Source: an uncultured archaeon (lineage in GTDB: Archaea; Micrarchaeota; Micrarchaeia; Micrarchaeales; CABMGC01). From it: a DNA stretch of 64,000 nt. Numbering within the stretch: position 1 is the stretch's first letter; the number at the start of each line of letters is the position of its first letter. The stretch covers positions 96,001-160,000 of the forward strand of contig CAWBCT010000005.1 of NCBI GenBank assembly GCA_963787445.1. Direction: 5' to 3'. The position numbers were made by a program, and so were the translations under genes. Shown here in pieces: positions 38,725 to 47,686 of this stretch. Under the pieces are notes generated by a model. That model had not been told where the DNA came from and did not search any database. It saw only the letters and a list, made by a program, of their open reading frames with translations.

Positions 38725-39681
38725 ATGAGCAGCATAGAGCTTTCCTGGACAGAGAAGTACCGACCCGCCAGGTTAGACGAAGTCATAGGCCAGGAAGCGA
38801 TTGTTGACAAGCTCCACGCCTTCGTGAAGCTGAAGAGCTTCCCGAGCATGATCTTCTCCGGGCCAGCCGGGGTGGGAAAGACCACTTCGGCCATAGCGAT
38901 GGCTAACGAGCTCTACGGGGAGAGCATGAGGGACGCGTTCCTTGAACTTAATGCATCGGATAGCAGGGGAATAGAAGTAGTGAGAGGCAAGGTGAAGGAG
39001 TTCGCAAGGACTATTCCGCTTTCCGGAGGACTTGTAAAGATAATCTTCCTGGACGAGGCGGATGCGCTCACTCCGGAAGCGCAGCACGCGTTGAGAAGGA
39101 CCATGGAGAAGTACTCGGCCACCACGCGATTCATACTCAGCGCAAACTACTCGAGCAAGATCATCGACCCGATACAGAGCAGGTGCGTGGTCCTGCGGTT
39201 CAAGCCGCTCAGCACGGATGACACAAGGAAATATGTAGAAAGGATTGCGAAGGCGGAAAAGCTAAACATAGAGCCGAAGGCAATGGAGGCTCTTCTTTAC
39301 GTGAGCGAGGGCGATCTTAGAAAACTTACAAATATAATGCAAAGCGCTGCGGTTGCGGACGGGAAAATAACCGAGGTTGCAGTATATGATATCGCGGCAC
39401 GCGCACGACCCAAGGAGGTGATGTCGATGCTTCGCTATGCCGTGTCTGGAGATTTTGAAAAGGCCAGGGCTGAACTAAACACACTGGTTCTTGTTTACGG
39501 GATGAGTGGGGAGGACGTACTTATGCAGTGCTACAGGGAGGCACTCAACATGGAGATAGACCCCAAGAAGAAGCTAACCATAATCTCAAACATAGGAGAC
39601 TGCAATTTCAGGATCGTGGAAGGGGCAAACGACAGGATACAGCTTGAGGCAATGCTCGCCAAGATGGCGCTCAAGGGCTGA
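38725..39681 (+). CDS. rfcS: replication factor C small subunit
   Basis: WTEKYRP, GPAGVGKTT, LELNASDSRG, DEADAL, IQSRC; no intein. Confidence 0.96.
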   Translation: MSSIELSWTEKYRPARLDEVIGQEAIVDKLHAFVKLKSFPSMIFSGPAGVGKTTSAIAMANELYGESMRDAFLELNASDSRGIEVVRGKVKEFARTIPLSGGLVKIIFLDEADALTPEAQHALRRTMEKYSATTRFILSANYSSKIIDPIQSRCVVLRFKPLSTDDTRKYVERIAKAEKLNIEPKAMEALLYVSEGDLRKLTNIMQSAAVADGKITEVAVYDIAARARPKEVMSMLRYAVSGDFEKARAELNTLVLVYGMSGEDVLMQCYREALNMEIDPKKKLTIISNIGDCNFRIVEGANDRIQLEAMLAKMALKG

Positions 39682-40839
39682 CTATTTTTCTATAACCTTT
39701 GCGAGTTTTATCGTCCTTGCGACTATTCCCTTTATCTTGTAGGCTTTGTGCATCTGCTTTATGCTCTCAACCGGGACGTTGGTGCTGGGATTCTTCGCGT
39801 TTATCGAGCAGACGTCCTTGTAAGGTTTTATCGAGATGTCGTAGGTTCCTATCTTTCTGGCTATCTCGATTATCTCTGTCTTGTCGAAGCCGATCAGCGG
39901 GCGTAGTATTGGGTGTTCAACGCCGTATCCTTCTGCAAGGAGGTTTCGGGAGGTCTGCGAAGAGACCTGACCCAGGCAGTCCCCGGTGTAGAGGACCGGC
40001 GCATTATTCGCATCCGCGATCTTGTCTGCAACGTGCAGCATGAACGACTTCAGCAATACCGTCTCGCTGCTCCCTGACTTGAGTGCGGCAAGCTGGAACA
40101 GGTTTGCCGGGAAGAGATAGAGTTTGTAATGCTTGTGGTACTCTCCCAGTTTTTCTGCAAGCTCGTTTATCTTTGAGAGCTCCTTGGCGTTGTTGCTGCT
40201 GTAGCCGTGGAAGTGTATGTAAACAGGAAGTATGCCGCGCTTCATTGCATACCATGCGGCAACCGGTGAGTCGATCCCGCCAGACAAAAGAATGACAGCC
40301 TTGCTACCGGTTCCGACCGGCAGGCCGCCGGCCCCCTTGTTGCTCTTGGTGTTGATGAACGCCTTCTCCCTGGTTATGTTTACGTTTACCTCGTTTTCAA
40401 AGCCCTTGCTTCCCCTTATTATGAGCCCTTTCTTCTTCGCCAGGGAGGTCAGCGCCATGTAGACGTCGTTGGAATCGAACTCCAGCTTCTTGTAGGCCCG
40501 ATGCGACTGTATCTTTATCGTGGTCCCCTTCGGGAACTTTGAGATCAGCCTGAGCGAGAGGCTCTTTATCGCCTTTAGCTCGGGCTTCGTTATGTAGGAG
40601 AACTCGAACTTGCTGATCCCGAAGAGATGGGTTAGCTTCTGCATCACTCTTTCCTCGTTGAACCCCTTCTTCGGCGTTAGGATTATCCGGTCGTGCATCG
40701 TCGAGATGGAGACCGCCTCTCCCGATAGCAGCTCGGCAAGGTTCTTCAGGAGCATGGAGATGAAGTGGCCCCGGTTCTTTCCGCGGAGCCATAGCTCACC
40801 GTAATGAACAATAATTAGCCTCTCCGCGGTTTTAGGCAT
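39682..40839 (-). CDS. thiI: tRNA 4-thiouridine synthase ThiI (THUMP + PP-loop, no rhodanese domain)
   Basis: HYGELWLRGKNR, GGLPVG, LLSGGIDSPVA, LGQVSSQT, RPLIGFDK. Confidence 0.93.
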   Translation of the reverse strand: MPKTAERLIIVHYGELWLRGKNRGHFISMLLKNLAELLSGEAVSISTMHDRIILTPKKGFNEERVMQKLTHLFGISKFEFSYITKPELKAIKSLSLRLISKFPKGTTIKIQSHRAYKKLEFDSNDVYMALTSLAKKKGLIIRGSKGFENEVNVNITREKAFINTKSNKGAGGLPVGTGSKAVILLSGGIDSPVAAWYAMKRGILPVYIHFHGYSSNNAKELSKINELAEKLGEYHKHYKLYLFPANLFQLAALKSGSSETVLLKSFMLHVADKIADANNAPVLYTGDCLGQVSSQTSRNLLAEGYGVEHPILRPLIGFDKTEIIEIARKIGTYDISIKPYKDVCSINAKNPSTNVPVESIKQMHKAYKIKGIVARTIKLAKVIEK

Positions 40840-40917
40840 TTTAGCGACCTAATTTAGCATACATCTGTTGTAGGCAACGAATATATACCTGAATTGACCG
40901 TATCCTGTTAGGTTTGT

Positions 40918-41616
40918 ATGGCATTGTACAGGCAGAAAACAACCAGCCAAAAATGGGGCGACCGGCTCGCAGTGGGGATACACGAGGCGCGCGACGGGCT
41001 CGGGCTTCTCGTCTCCACCTATCAAAAGCGTTCGAACACGATATTTGAGGACTCGCTAGCAAACGGCAGGGCATTCGAGCCGGCCTCCGTGCTGAGAATA
41101 CTTCCGCGCCTTTACGACTACAACAGGATATTCGACGATGTGGCGGGATTCAGCGTGAAGGAGATGGACGCGGAGGCGAAGGGCTTCATCGAGCTTGCCG
41201 CGGATTCTAACCACCAGGAGATACTCGAGGCCATCGGCGTCGCAAACCTGGCGACCATAGAGATGTACGAGCACATGAGGGAGAAGGGGACGAAGATCTA
41301 CGCCGGCGGCAGGGGCAACGATGAGGAGGTTGAGATACTGGGGAGGATAGACAGCCACAAGCAGTCCCTCGCTCTTGGAGCTACCGAGATCAACTCTGCG
41401 ATGAACTTCCCGACCTTCTTCGAGTATGCCTACGTGTGCCTGAACGAGTCCTCAAGGATCCTGCGAGGCGAGGAGCAGATGGTGGGCAGGTTCGATGACC
41501 GCATCCTGGACGCGGGAATATTCGTGGACAGGTTTAACCCGGAGGCTGAGAAAGAGCTGATTAGGGACACGCTAAGGGCGAACCGGGACAGGCCCGGCGA
41601 GGATCTCCGCCTGTGA
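40918..41616 (+). CDS. hypothetical protein
   Basis: 232-aa ORF with genome-typical codon usage filling the gap between thiI and eL24. Confidence 0.65.
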   Translation: MALYRQKTTSQKWGDRLAVGIHEARDGLGLLVSTYQKRSNTIFEDSLANGRAFEPASVLRILPRLYDYNRIFDDVAGFSVKEMDAEAKGFIELAADSNHQEILEAIGVANLATIEMYEHMREKGTKIYAGGRGNDEEVEILGRIDSHKQSLALGATEINSAMNFPTFFEYAYVCLNESSRILRGEEQMVGRFDDRILDAGIFVDRFNPEAEKELIRDTLRANRDRPGEDLRL

Positions 41617-41622
41617 GGAGGG

Positions 41623-41769
41623 TTACTCCTTCTCGCGGTACTTCCTGTTGTGCACCTGGTTGAAGCGGTAGCAGCGCTTGCTGCAGTAGTACTTCGCTCC
41701 GCCAGCCTTCTTCACGTAGGCGAACCCGGTCCCGCGTTCAATTTCCTTTAGGCAGTATGCGCACTTCAT
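41623..41769 (-). CDS. rpl24e: 50S ribosomal protein L24e (eL24)
   Basis: Manual translation MKCAYCLKEIERGTGFAYVKKAGGAKYYCSKRCYRFNQVHNRKYREKE; conserved L7Ae-S28e-L24e order. Confidence 0.92.
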   Translation of the reverse strand: MKCAYCLKEIERGTGFAYVKKAGGAKYYCSKRCYRFNQVHNRKYREKE

Positions 41770-41770
41770 G

Positions 41771-42088
41771 TTACTTCGCCATTATTCGCTTGTCCTCTCG
41801 GCTCGTGTCCGGCAGGCGGATCATCTCGCCCTTCTTTATCTTCCCGGCCACGTTCCTTCGGATGACTCGGCCCTTGTCCTTGCCCTCCATGATCTTGCAC
41901 ATCGCCTGCTTTATCTCGCCGTAGATCCCGGTGCGGGCGTTGACCACGTCAACCACCTCGGCCAGGTAGCCCTCAAAGGGCTTGTCCTCCTTCGGCTTCA
42001 CGTCCTGTGAAACAGGCGGAGCGTTGGCAGGTGCGCCCATCCTGGGCCTTCTGACCTCTTGCGGTTGTTCTTCGGTTTTTTCTGGCAT
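41771..42088 (-). CDS. rps28e: 30S ribosomal protein S28e (eS28) with N-terminal extension
   Basis: AEVVDVVNARTGIYGEIKQAMCKIMEGKDKGRVIRRNVAG. Confidence 0.92.
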   Translation of the reverse strand: MPEKTEEQPQEVRRPRMGAPANAPPVSQDVKPKEDKPFEGYLAEVVDVVNARTGIYGEIKQAMCKIMEGKDKGRVIRRNVAGKIKKGEMIRLPDTSREDKRIMAK

Positions 42089-42099
42089 TTGGATCACTA

Positions 42100-42573
42100 T
42101 TACTGCTTCGCTTCGGCGGGCTTGTGCTCTGCAGGCTTCTCAGTCTTCGGGGGCTTGGGCGCCTTCGGCTTCGCCTCGGCGGCTGCCGGCTTTGCCTCGG
42201 GTGCTCCGGAGCTCCTGCCCGTCGTCCTTGAGACCACGTCCTTGATCGCTGCGGCAGCCTCGCCCGGCTTCTCGATTGCGACCGAGGAGCACGGCACTGT
42301 CATTCCTAGCGCCTTGCCCAGGTCTAGCTTGGCAGGAACATAAACGTAGTTTATCTTCTTCTGCTCGCACAGGTTGGGTATGTGCATGACGATCTCTTCG
42401 GGCTCGACGTCCTCGGCGATGACCACCAGCGATGAGAGCCCTCGCTCCACGCTCTTGGTGACCTCGTTGACTCCCTTACGAATCGATCCGCTCTGCCTGG
42501 CTAGCCTTACAGCTTCCAGTGCCTTGTCTGCTACTTCCTTTGTTACTTCGAATTTCACGTACGATTTCGCCAT
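42100..42573 (-). CDS. rpl7ae: 50S ribosomal protein L7Ae (eL8)
   Basis: [42 protein letters not shown]. Confidence 0.96.
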   Translation of the reverse strand: MAKSYVKFEVTKEVADKALEAVRLARQSGSIRKGVNEVTKSVERGLSSLVVIAEDVEPEEIVMHIPNLCEQKKINYVYVPAKLDLGKALGMTVPCSSVAIEKPGEAAAAIKDVVSRTTGRSSGAPEAKPAAAEAKPKAPKPPKTEKPAEHKPAEAKQ

Positions 42574-42604
42574 ATACCTCATCTCATTGGTTTAGTATTA
42601 TCAT

Positions 42605-42780
42605 AGGGATCCGGTTGCATTCTTAGCCCATCCCTTGCTGCCTTCCTAAGTTCCTCGTCACCAGCCTTTCCCTGAAGCCTGACTCGCTCCTGGGTCACGC
42701 CGGTTCGAAACGCGGATAGCACATGCCCTCCGGTTGGATTCCTTCTCCAGTGGTCCATGGTCCCTTCCGAATGAATCTGT
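42605..42780. ncRNA. candidate structured RNA / rpl7ae 5' leader
   Basis: GC-rich intergenic stretch with nested complementary segments (42605-42614 with 42734-42743; CTTAG/CTAAG; TGACTC/GGGTCA); strand unresolved. Confidence 0.4.
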
Positions 42781-42816
42781 TTCAACATAATATCTCACTT
42801 CTAGATTATTAAACCT

Positions 42817-45045
42817 TTAATCGCCCAGGAACGACTGCGCCGTAGGCGGCTCCGGAGGCTGGCCCTTGCGCTTCCTTATCTCGCGCACCACCTGGCTCTG
42901 CAGCTCCTTGGGCAGCTTCTCATAGCCCGCATATTCGGGGTACCAGATCGCCTTTCCGCTCGTTATTCCTCGGATCTCGTTCGAGAAGCCCTTGATGACC
43001 TCTGCGACCGGCATCTTCGCGATGACCGTGGCCTGCTCGTTCTCCTGCTGTATGTCGAGAACCTGTCCGCGCTTGCCCTGGACGAAGCTGATGATCTCTG
43101 AAAGGTAATCCTGCGGGATGTTGATCGTGAACTTCTGCTTCGGCTCGAGCAGGCTTACCCCGGACATGAGCATACCCGCGTAGATCGGCCTTCTCATGGC
43201 CGGAATTATCTGTGAAGGTCCGCGGTGCGCCGAGTCTTCGTGGATCTTTGCGTCTATCAGGCAGACTTTTATTCCCGTGCAGCGCTCCCTTGCGAGAGGT
43301 CCGTCCTTCATCGCGTTCTCGAACGCCTGGGTCAGGAGCTCCATCACCTCGTTGAGGTACTGGACTCCCTTGGTCGAGTCTATAAGCACGCTGTTGTTGC
43401 TGACGTAGACGATCCCCTTCGCCTCCTCTCTCGCCATCCCTGCCTTGATGACCGGCTCGATGTGCAGCTTTCCTTTCGGCTTTCCTTCCTTGAGCTCGCC
43501 CTCCTCGATCATCTTGAGCACGCCCGGCTCGAGCGGCTTCACGTCCACGTAGAATCGGTTGTGCCTGTTCTGCGACTTGCCCTCCACGTTCTTGGTCTCC
43601 GACTCGATGGTCTCGCGGTAGACGACTATCGGTTCGCTGGTGGTTATGTCTATCTTGTAATTGTCCCTGATCTTTGTCTCGATTACTTCCAGGTGGAGCT
43701 CTCCCATCCCGCTGACCAGGTGCTCTCCGGTCTCCTGGTTTAGTTCGATTCGGATGGTCTGGTCCTCCTTTGAAAGCTCGCGCATCGCCTCTATGAGCTT
43801 CATCAGGTCGCGGTTGTCCTTCGCCTCTATCGCCTTGGTCACGACCGGCTGCGAGTAGTGCCTTATCAGCTCGAAAGGCTCGATGTTGTCCTCGCTTACA
43901 GTGTCTCCTATTGAAAAGTTCTTCATGCCCACCAAAGCCGCAATGTTCCCGGCGGAGATGTGCTCCACGGTCACGCGCTCCGGTCCCATGTATATTCCGA
44001 CCTGCTGGACGCGCTGCGGATCGTTCATCCCGGTGCAGTAGACGCTGCTTCCCTTGCGCACCGTTCCCGAGAAGACCCGGCCGATGGCGATCTCGCCGCT
44101 GTGCGGGTCGTTCGCTATCCCGAAGATTACCATGTTCACCTTTCCGTCCGGGTTCACGGTCATCATGTCCTTGCCGTCGGGGCTCTCTATGTCGCCGTGC
44201 CAAAGGTGCTTGATTCGGTAGGGCTGGGCAGTCTGCGGGTTGGGCAGGTGCTCAATCATCATGGAAAGGCAGGCCTCGTCGATGGGTGCGTCGGCCTGGA
44301 GCTTTGCCTCAAGCTTCGCCTTCTCGTCTGCCGACTTGGCGGCGTTTATCTCCTGCGTAAGCTTGAAGATGTCCTTGAACGTCACGTTGTGGGTCTGCAT
44401 GATGCGGGATGAGATCGCCCACTTCTTTACCGCTGAACCGAAGCAGATGCTTCCGTCCTCTACCTTCACCTGCCACTTGCCCTTGAACTCTTCCGGAGCG
44501 AAGCGTGTGATCAGCTTGTTTATGTCCAGGATCAGCTTTAGAAGCCGTTCGAACGCCTGTTCGGGTGTGAGCTTTAGCTCATTCAGCAGTCGGTCGGTCT
44601 TGTTTACAAATAGAACTGGCTTTGCGCGCTCCTGAAGCGCCTGCCTCAGAACGGTCTCTGTCTGGGGCATTATTCCCTCGACAGGGTCCACAACCAGGAC
44701 CACTCCGTCAACTGCGCGCATGGCGCGGGTGACGTGTCCGCCGAAGTCAACGTGGCCCGGCGTGTCGATCAGGTTGATTATGTGGTCCTTCCCGTTGTAG
44801 GGGAATGAAAGCGAGATATCTGCGGACTTGATGGTCATTCTGCGGTCCTTTTCTATCGCTTCGTAGTTTGTGTAAAGCGCGTCTCCAGCTACCGCTCTGG
44901 AGATTATTCCTGCGCGGGCCAGAAGCGAGTCAGTAAGAGTTGTCTTGCCGTGGTGAACGTGGGCTATGATCGCTACGTTGCGGATCCTGGCGGTATCCCT
45001 CATGATGCCGACCACTTCCTCCGCTACGAACTCTTTCCTTACCAT
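42817..45045 (-). CDS. fusA: translation elongation factor aEF-2
   Basis: DTPGHVDF, NKTD, GMGELHLE, KSQNRHNRF, diphthamide loop HEDSAHRGPSQIIP; P-loop reads AHVHHGKTT. Confidence 0.97.
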   Translation of the reverse strand: MVRKEFVAEEVVGIMRDTARIRNVAIIAHVHHGKTTLTDSLLARAGIISRAVAGDALYTNYEAIEKDRRMTIKSADISLSFPYNGKDHIINLIDTPGHVDFGGHVTRAMRAVDGVVLVVDPVEGIMPQTETVLRQALQERAKPVLFVNKTDRLLNELKLTPEQAFERLLKLILDINKLITRFAPEEFKGKWQVKVEDGSICFGSAVKKWAISSRIMQTHNVTFKDIFKLTQEINAAKSADEKAKLEAKLQADAPIDEACLSMMIEHLPNPQTAQPYRIKHLWHGDIESPDGKDMMTVNPDGKVNMVIFGIANDPHSGEIAIGRVFSGTVRKGSSVYCTGMNDPQRVQQVGIYMGPERVTVEHISAGNIAALVGMKNFSIGDTVSEDNIEPFELIRHYSQPVVTKAIEAKDNRDLMKLIEAMRELSKEDQTIRIELNQETGEHLVSGMGELHLEVIETKIRDNYKIDITTSEPIVVYRETIESETKNVEGKSQNRHNRFYVDVKPLEPGVLKMIEEGELKEGKPKGKLHIEPVIKAGMAREEAKGIVYVSNNSVLIDSTKGVQYLNEVMELLTQAFENAMKDGPLARERCTGIKVCLIDAKIHEDSAHRGPSQIIPAMRRPIYAGMLMSGVSLLEPKQKFTINIPQDYLSEIISFVQGKRGQVLDIQQENEQATVIAKMPVAEVIKGFSNEIRGITSGKAIWYPEYAGYEKLPKELQSQVVREIRKRKGQPPEPPTAQSFLGD

Positions 45046-45057
45046 GTGTTAACACCA

Positions 45058-45843
45058 TTACCTTGCCCTTCGCGCGATGCGCTCTCCTTCTGTGCGCTTC
45101 TTGATCGCATAGCTGTCAGGCGCCTTTGTCGCCGCCAGAAGTATCTCGTCGGCAAGTGCCTGGGCGAGCGTCTTCTTCTTGTTGAATGCGTTGATGAGCG
45201 CTGAAAGTGCGATGTTCCTTAGTGCGACGTCCACTCTGCGGTTCGAGCTGATTCCGACCGCGACGTTGTAGGAGATTCCTCCGTACCTTACCCGGGTTGT
45301 GTCCTCAATCGGCGCGGCGTTCTGCATCGCGTCTACGAAAACCTGGACCGGATTCTTGCCGGTCTTCTGGTGTATGGACTCGAAGGCGTCCTCGACTATG
45401 TGCATGACCTTGAGCTTCTTGCCCTGCAGCCTGCCCTCGGTTCGAATCACCTTGCCGCCGACCTTCTTTCCGGTGCCGCCGCGCATGAGCTTGTTCATGA
45501 GCCTCTCGACTATGTTAATGTGAGAGTTGTAGTAGGCCTGGTTCTTCCTCCTTCCGAACAGGTTCGGGTAGGGCTGGCGCGTGAACTTTATGTAGTTTAC
45601 TATGCTCTGGTCGGTTACCTGGATTGAGGAAAGGTCGTACTTCCCGAAGAGCAGAAGGACGGTGTCGTCTGCCAGGTGCTTTGAAGGGTTAGAGGCCTTG
45701 GACTCGCCTGCCGGAGCATTCTCTGCGCTCTTTGGTGCGGCTCTTCGCCTAGGCTTGGGAGCCGGTGCGGCAGCTGGGATGACCACAGGTAGTGCAGGCT
45801 GCACTTTCTCGATTTCAGTTGACACGCTAGCTTCCTCTGCCAT
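45058..45843 (-). CDS. rps7: 30S ribosomal protein S7 (uS7) with Pro/Ala-rich N-terminal extension
   Basis: LFGKYD, IVERLMNKLMR, NPVQVFVDAMQNAAP.ED, LADEILLAA, ERIARRAR. Confidence 0.95.
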   Translation of the reverse strand: MAEEASVSTEIEKVQPALPVVIPAAAPAPKPRRRAAPKSAENAPAGESKASNPSKHLADDTVLLLFGKYDLSSIQVTDQSIVNYIKFTRQPYPNLFGRRKNQAYYNSHINIVERLMNKLMRGGTGKKVGGKVIRTEGRLQGKKLKVMHIVEDAFESIHQKTGKNPVQVFVDAMQNAAPIEDTTRVRYGGISYNVAVGISSNRRVDVALRNIALSALINAFNKKKTLAQALADEILLAATKAPDSYAIKKRTEGERIARRAR

Positions 45844-45848
45844 GAACA

Positions 45849-46277
45849 TTACCTCTTTGGCTTCTCCTTCTTGCCCTTGACTACCTGATAAATGTCTGCG
45901 CCGTTGACCGCGATAACCTTGTACTTCAGGCCGGGTATGCAGCCCATCTGGCCTCGCTGCGAGCCGCCGAGCCCTTGTATGGTTACCTCGTCGTGTTCCT
46001 CAATCATGTTTATCGAGCCGTCGTAGGGGACGAATGCTCCTACCACCTTTCCGTTCTTGGTTAGCTGCACTCGGACGCACTTGATTAGCCCCGAGTGGGG
46101 TTGCTTCTGCTGCAGCACGAACTTCTGGAGCACAAGCGCCTTTGCCATCGGAACGCATCCGACCGGGTCGTACTTCTGCTTCAGCTTGAAATATCTCCTC
46201 TTCCACCACTTCTTCAGTAGCCTTTGCTTCTTGCGCTTCCTTTGAAGTTCTTTTGCGGCGAATTCTCCTTTTGGCAA
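45849..46277 (-). CDS. rps12: 30S ribosomal protein S12 (uS12)
   Basis: KCVRVQLTKNGK, AFVPYDG, EHDEV, IPGLKYKV, GKKEKPKR; TTG start. Confidence 0.95.
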   Translation of the reverse strand: MPKGEFAAKELQRKRKKQRLLKKWWKRRYFKLKQKYDPVGCVPMAKALVLQKFVLQQKQPHSGLIKCVRVQLTKNGKVVGAFVPYDGSINMIEEHDEVTIQGLGGSQRGQMGCIPGLKYKVIAVNGADIYQVVKGKKEKPKR

Positions 46278-46285
46278 TTATACAC

Positions 46286-46597
46286 CTATGCGTATTCCTC
46301 TTTCAGTATGTTGGAGTTGCCCTCTGCGAGTATCGCGAGCGCGTTGACCGAGTGCGGCTTTCCGCACAGAGCACCAAGCTCGAGAGAGTTTCCATTAAAT
46401 GCGATTGTGCGGATTCCAGATACCTTGCACATGTGAAGTATGTCCTCGACAACCTCCTTCTTGCCCTTTGCTGCAACTACGACTGCGTGCGCCTTGGCAT
46501 TGCTGATGTACCTCATGACGTCGCGACTGCCAAACGTGACTTTGCCGGTGTCTATCACGAGTCTAAGGTCGTTGTTAAGGTCACTCACGTTAATCAT
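46286..46597 (-). CDS. rpl30e: 50S ribosomal protein L30e (eL30)
   Basis: DTGKVTFGSR, GNSLELGALCGKPHSVNALAILAEGNSNIL. Confidence 0.94.
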   Translation of the reverse strand: MINVSDLNNDLRLVIDTGKVTFGSRDVMRYISNAKAHAVVVAAKGKKEVVEDILHMCKVSGIRTIAFNGNSLELGALCGKPHSVNALAILAEGNSNILKEEYA

Positions 46598-46799
46598 CTA
46601 TCTTTGGGTTCGGCCAACGGGCCTCATTACCAGAACGCCAACGAACGCAATTGCATTCGGGAGTATAAGGTACTAGTAATTTGCACAAAAAGGTATTTAA
46701 ATGTTCATTAGTGGTTAGCGACTGCAATGTTGGCAGATTTTGGACGGACAAACATCTGCAGCTTTATATATCTGATTAAATGTCAACTATTCCGATGCT

Positions 46800-47426
46800 A
46801 TGGCCCAGACGAAGTACCGGATCCTTGAAAACGAGCATTTTCAGGGCAAGGACCGCACCCTTTATAGAATACAGGCAGTTCGCTCGTTCAAAGGCGTCAG
46901 GGAGGGCGATATGGGGGGATTTCTAGAGTCGGAGAGGAATCTTTCTCACGATGGAAACGCATGGGTTGGCGGGAATGCAAAGGCGTATGGAGAAACCTGT
47001 GTTTTCGAGAATGGCAGACTTCTTGATACGGCACATGCAATAAACGCCTGGATCGAGGGAAACTCTGTTGTTTTTCAGAATGCCAGACTGAAAGGGACAA
47101 GGGTGGAGGGAAGCGCGAAGGTAGGAGGAGAGGTCTTGGTTGACGGCTGGGCCTGGATAAAAGACAATGCACGGGTGCTGGGAAACACGGAAGTCAGGTA
47201 TGGATGGGTCGGAGGCAACGCTCTGCTCTTTGGAGGCATAATCGATGGAGGTGTGTTTGTAGAGGGTAATGTGAAGATATTTGGGGGGTATATCTCAACG
47301 CACACGAAATTAGGTGGCGTTATAGACAGTGGCGTTCTTCGTGGAGAAGAAAACCCGTTCAAGGCTCTTATCAGGACAGGGGCAGAAATAATAAGAGTTC
47401 CAGCGCGAACGTTCATACCGGCATGA
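46800..47426 (+). CDS. phage-type left-handed beta-helix (hexapeptide repeat) protein
   Basis: RTLYRIQAVRSF..V..GDMGGFLESERNLSHDGNAWVGGNA head followed by hexapeptide repeats. Confidence 0.8.
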   Translation: MAQTKYRILENEHFQGKDRTLYRIQAVRSFKGVREGDMGGFLESERNLSHDGNAWVGGNAKAYGETCVFENGRLLDTAHAINAWIEGNSVVFQNARLKGTRVEGSAKVGGEVLVDGWAWIKDNARVLGNTEVRYGWVGGNALLFGGIIDGGVFVEGNVKIFGGYISTHTKLGGVIDSGVLRGEENPFKALIRTGAEIIRVPARTFIPA

Positions 47427-47488
47427 GTTGCAAACCAAAGAAACGAATAAGGCTTATATATTTAATTGACGTAATATAATTGATACTT

Positions 47489-47686
47489 ATGAGAATTAAG
47501 GAACTTAGACCCCTGTCAACCGATGCCCTGAAGGCCAAGCTCAAGGAGCTGAGCCTAGAGACGAGCATAGAGAAAAGGAAGGTGGTCTCCACAGGAGTCT
47601 CCAGCAAGAAGATAAAGCTTCGCGAGATGAGGAGGACGACAGCGAAGATACTAACCCTGCTTAACGAAAGAGGTGCGGCAGCCTAA
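47489..47686 (+). CDS. rpl29: 50S ribosomal protein L29 (uL29)
   Basis: MRIKELRPLS...LKELSLE...IKLREMRRTTAKILTLLNE; followed by SUI1 as in the archaeal S10/spc cluster. Confidence 0.9.
   Translation: MRIKELRPLSTDALKAKLKELSLETSIEKRKVVSTGVSSKKIKLREMRRTTAKILTLLNERGAAA

Noticed and set aside
38725-39681. Inteins in rfcS (also checked cdc48 and lig)
   Set aside because: Protein lengths are normal and motifs are contiguous
42579-42788. 69-aa ORF as a protein-coding gene
   Set aside because: No recognisable motif, TTG start, and the region is better explained by RNA secondary structure
42590-42800. SRP RNA, RNase P RNA or 5S rRNA
   Set aside because: No convincing SRP helix-8 motif, RNase P GAGGAAAGUCC or 5S conserved blocks found by eye
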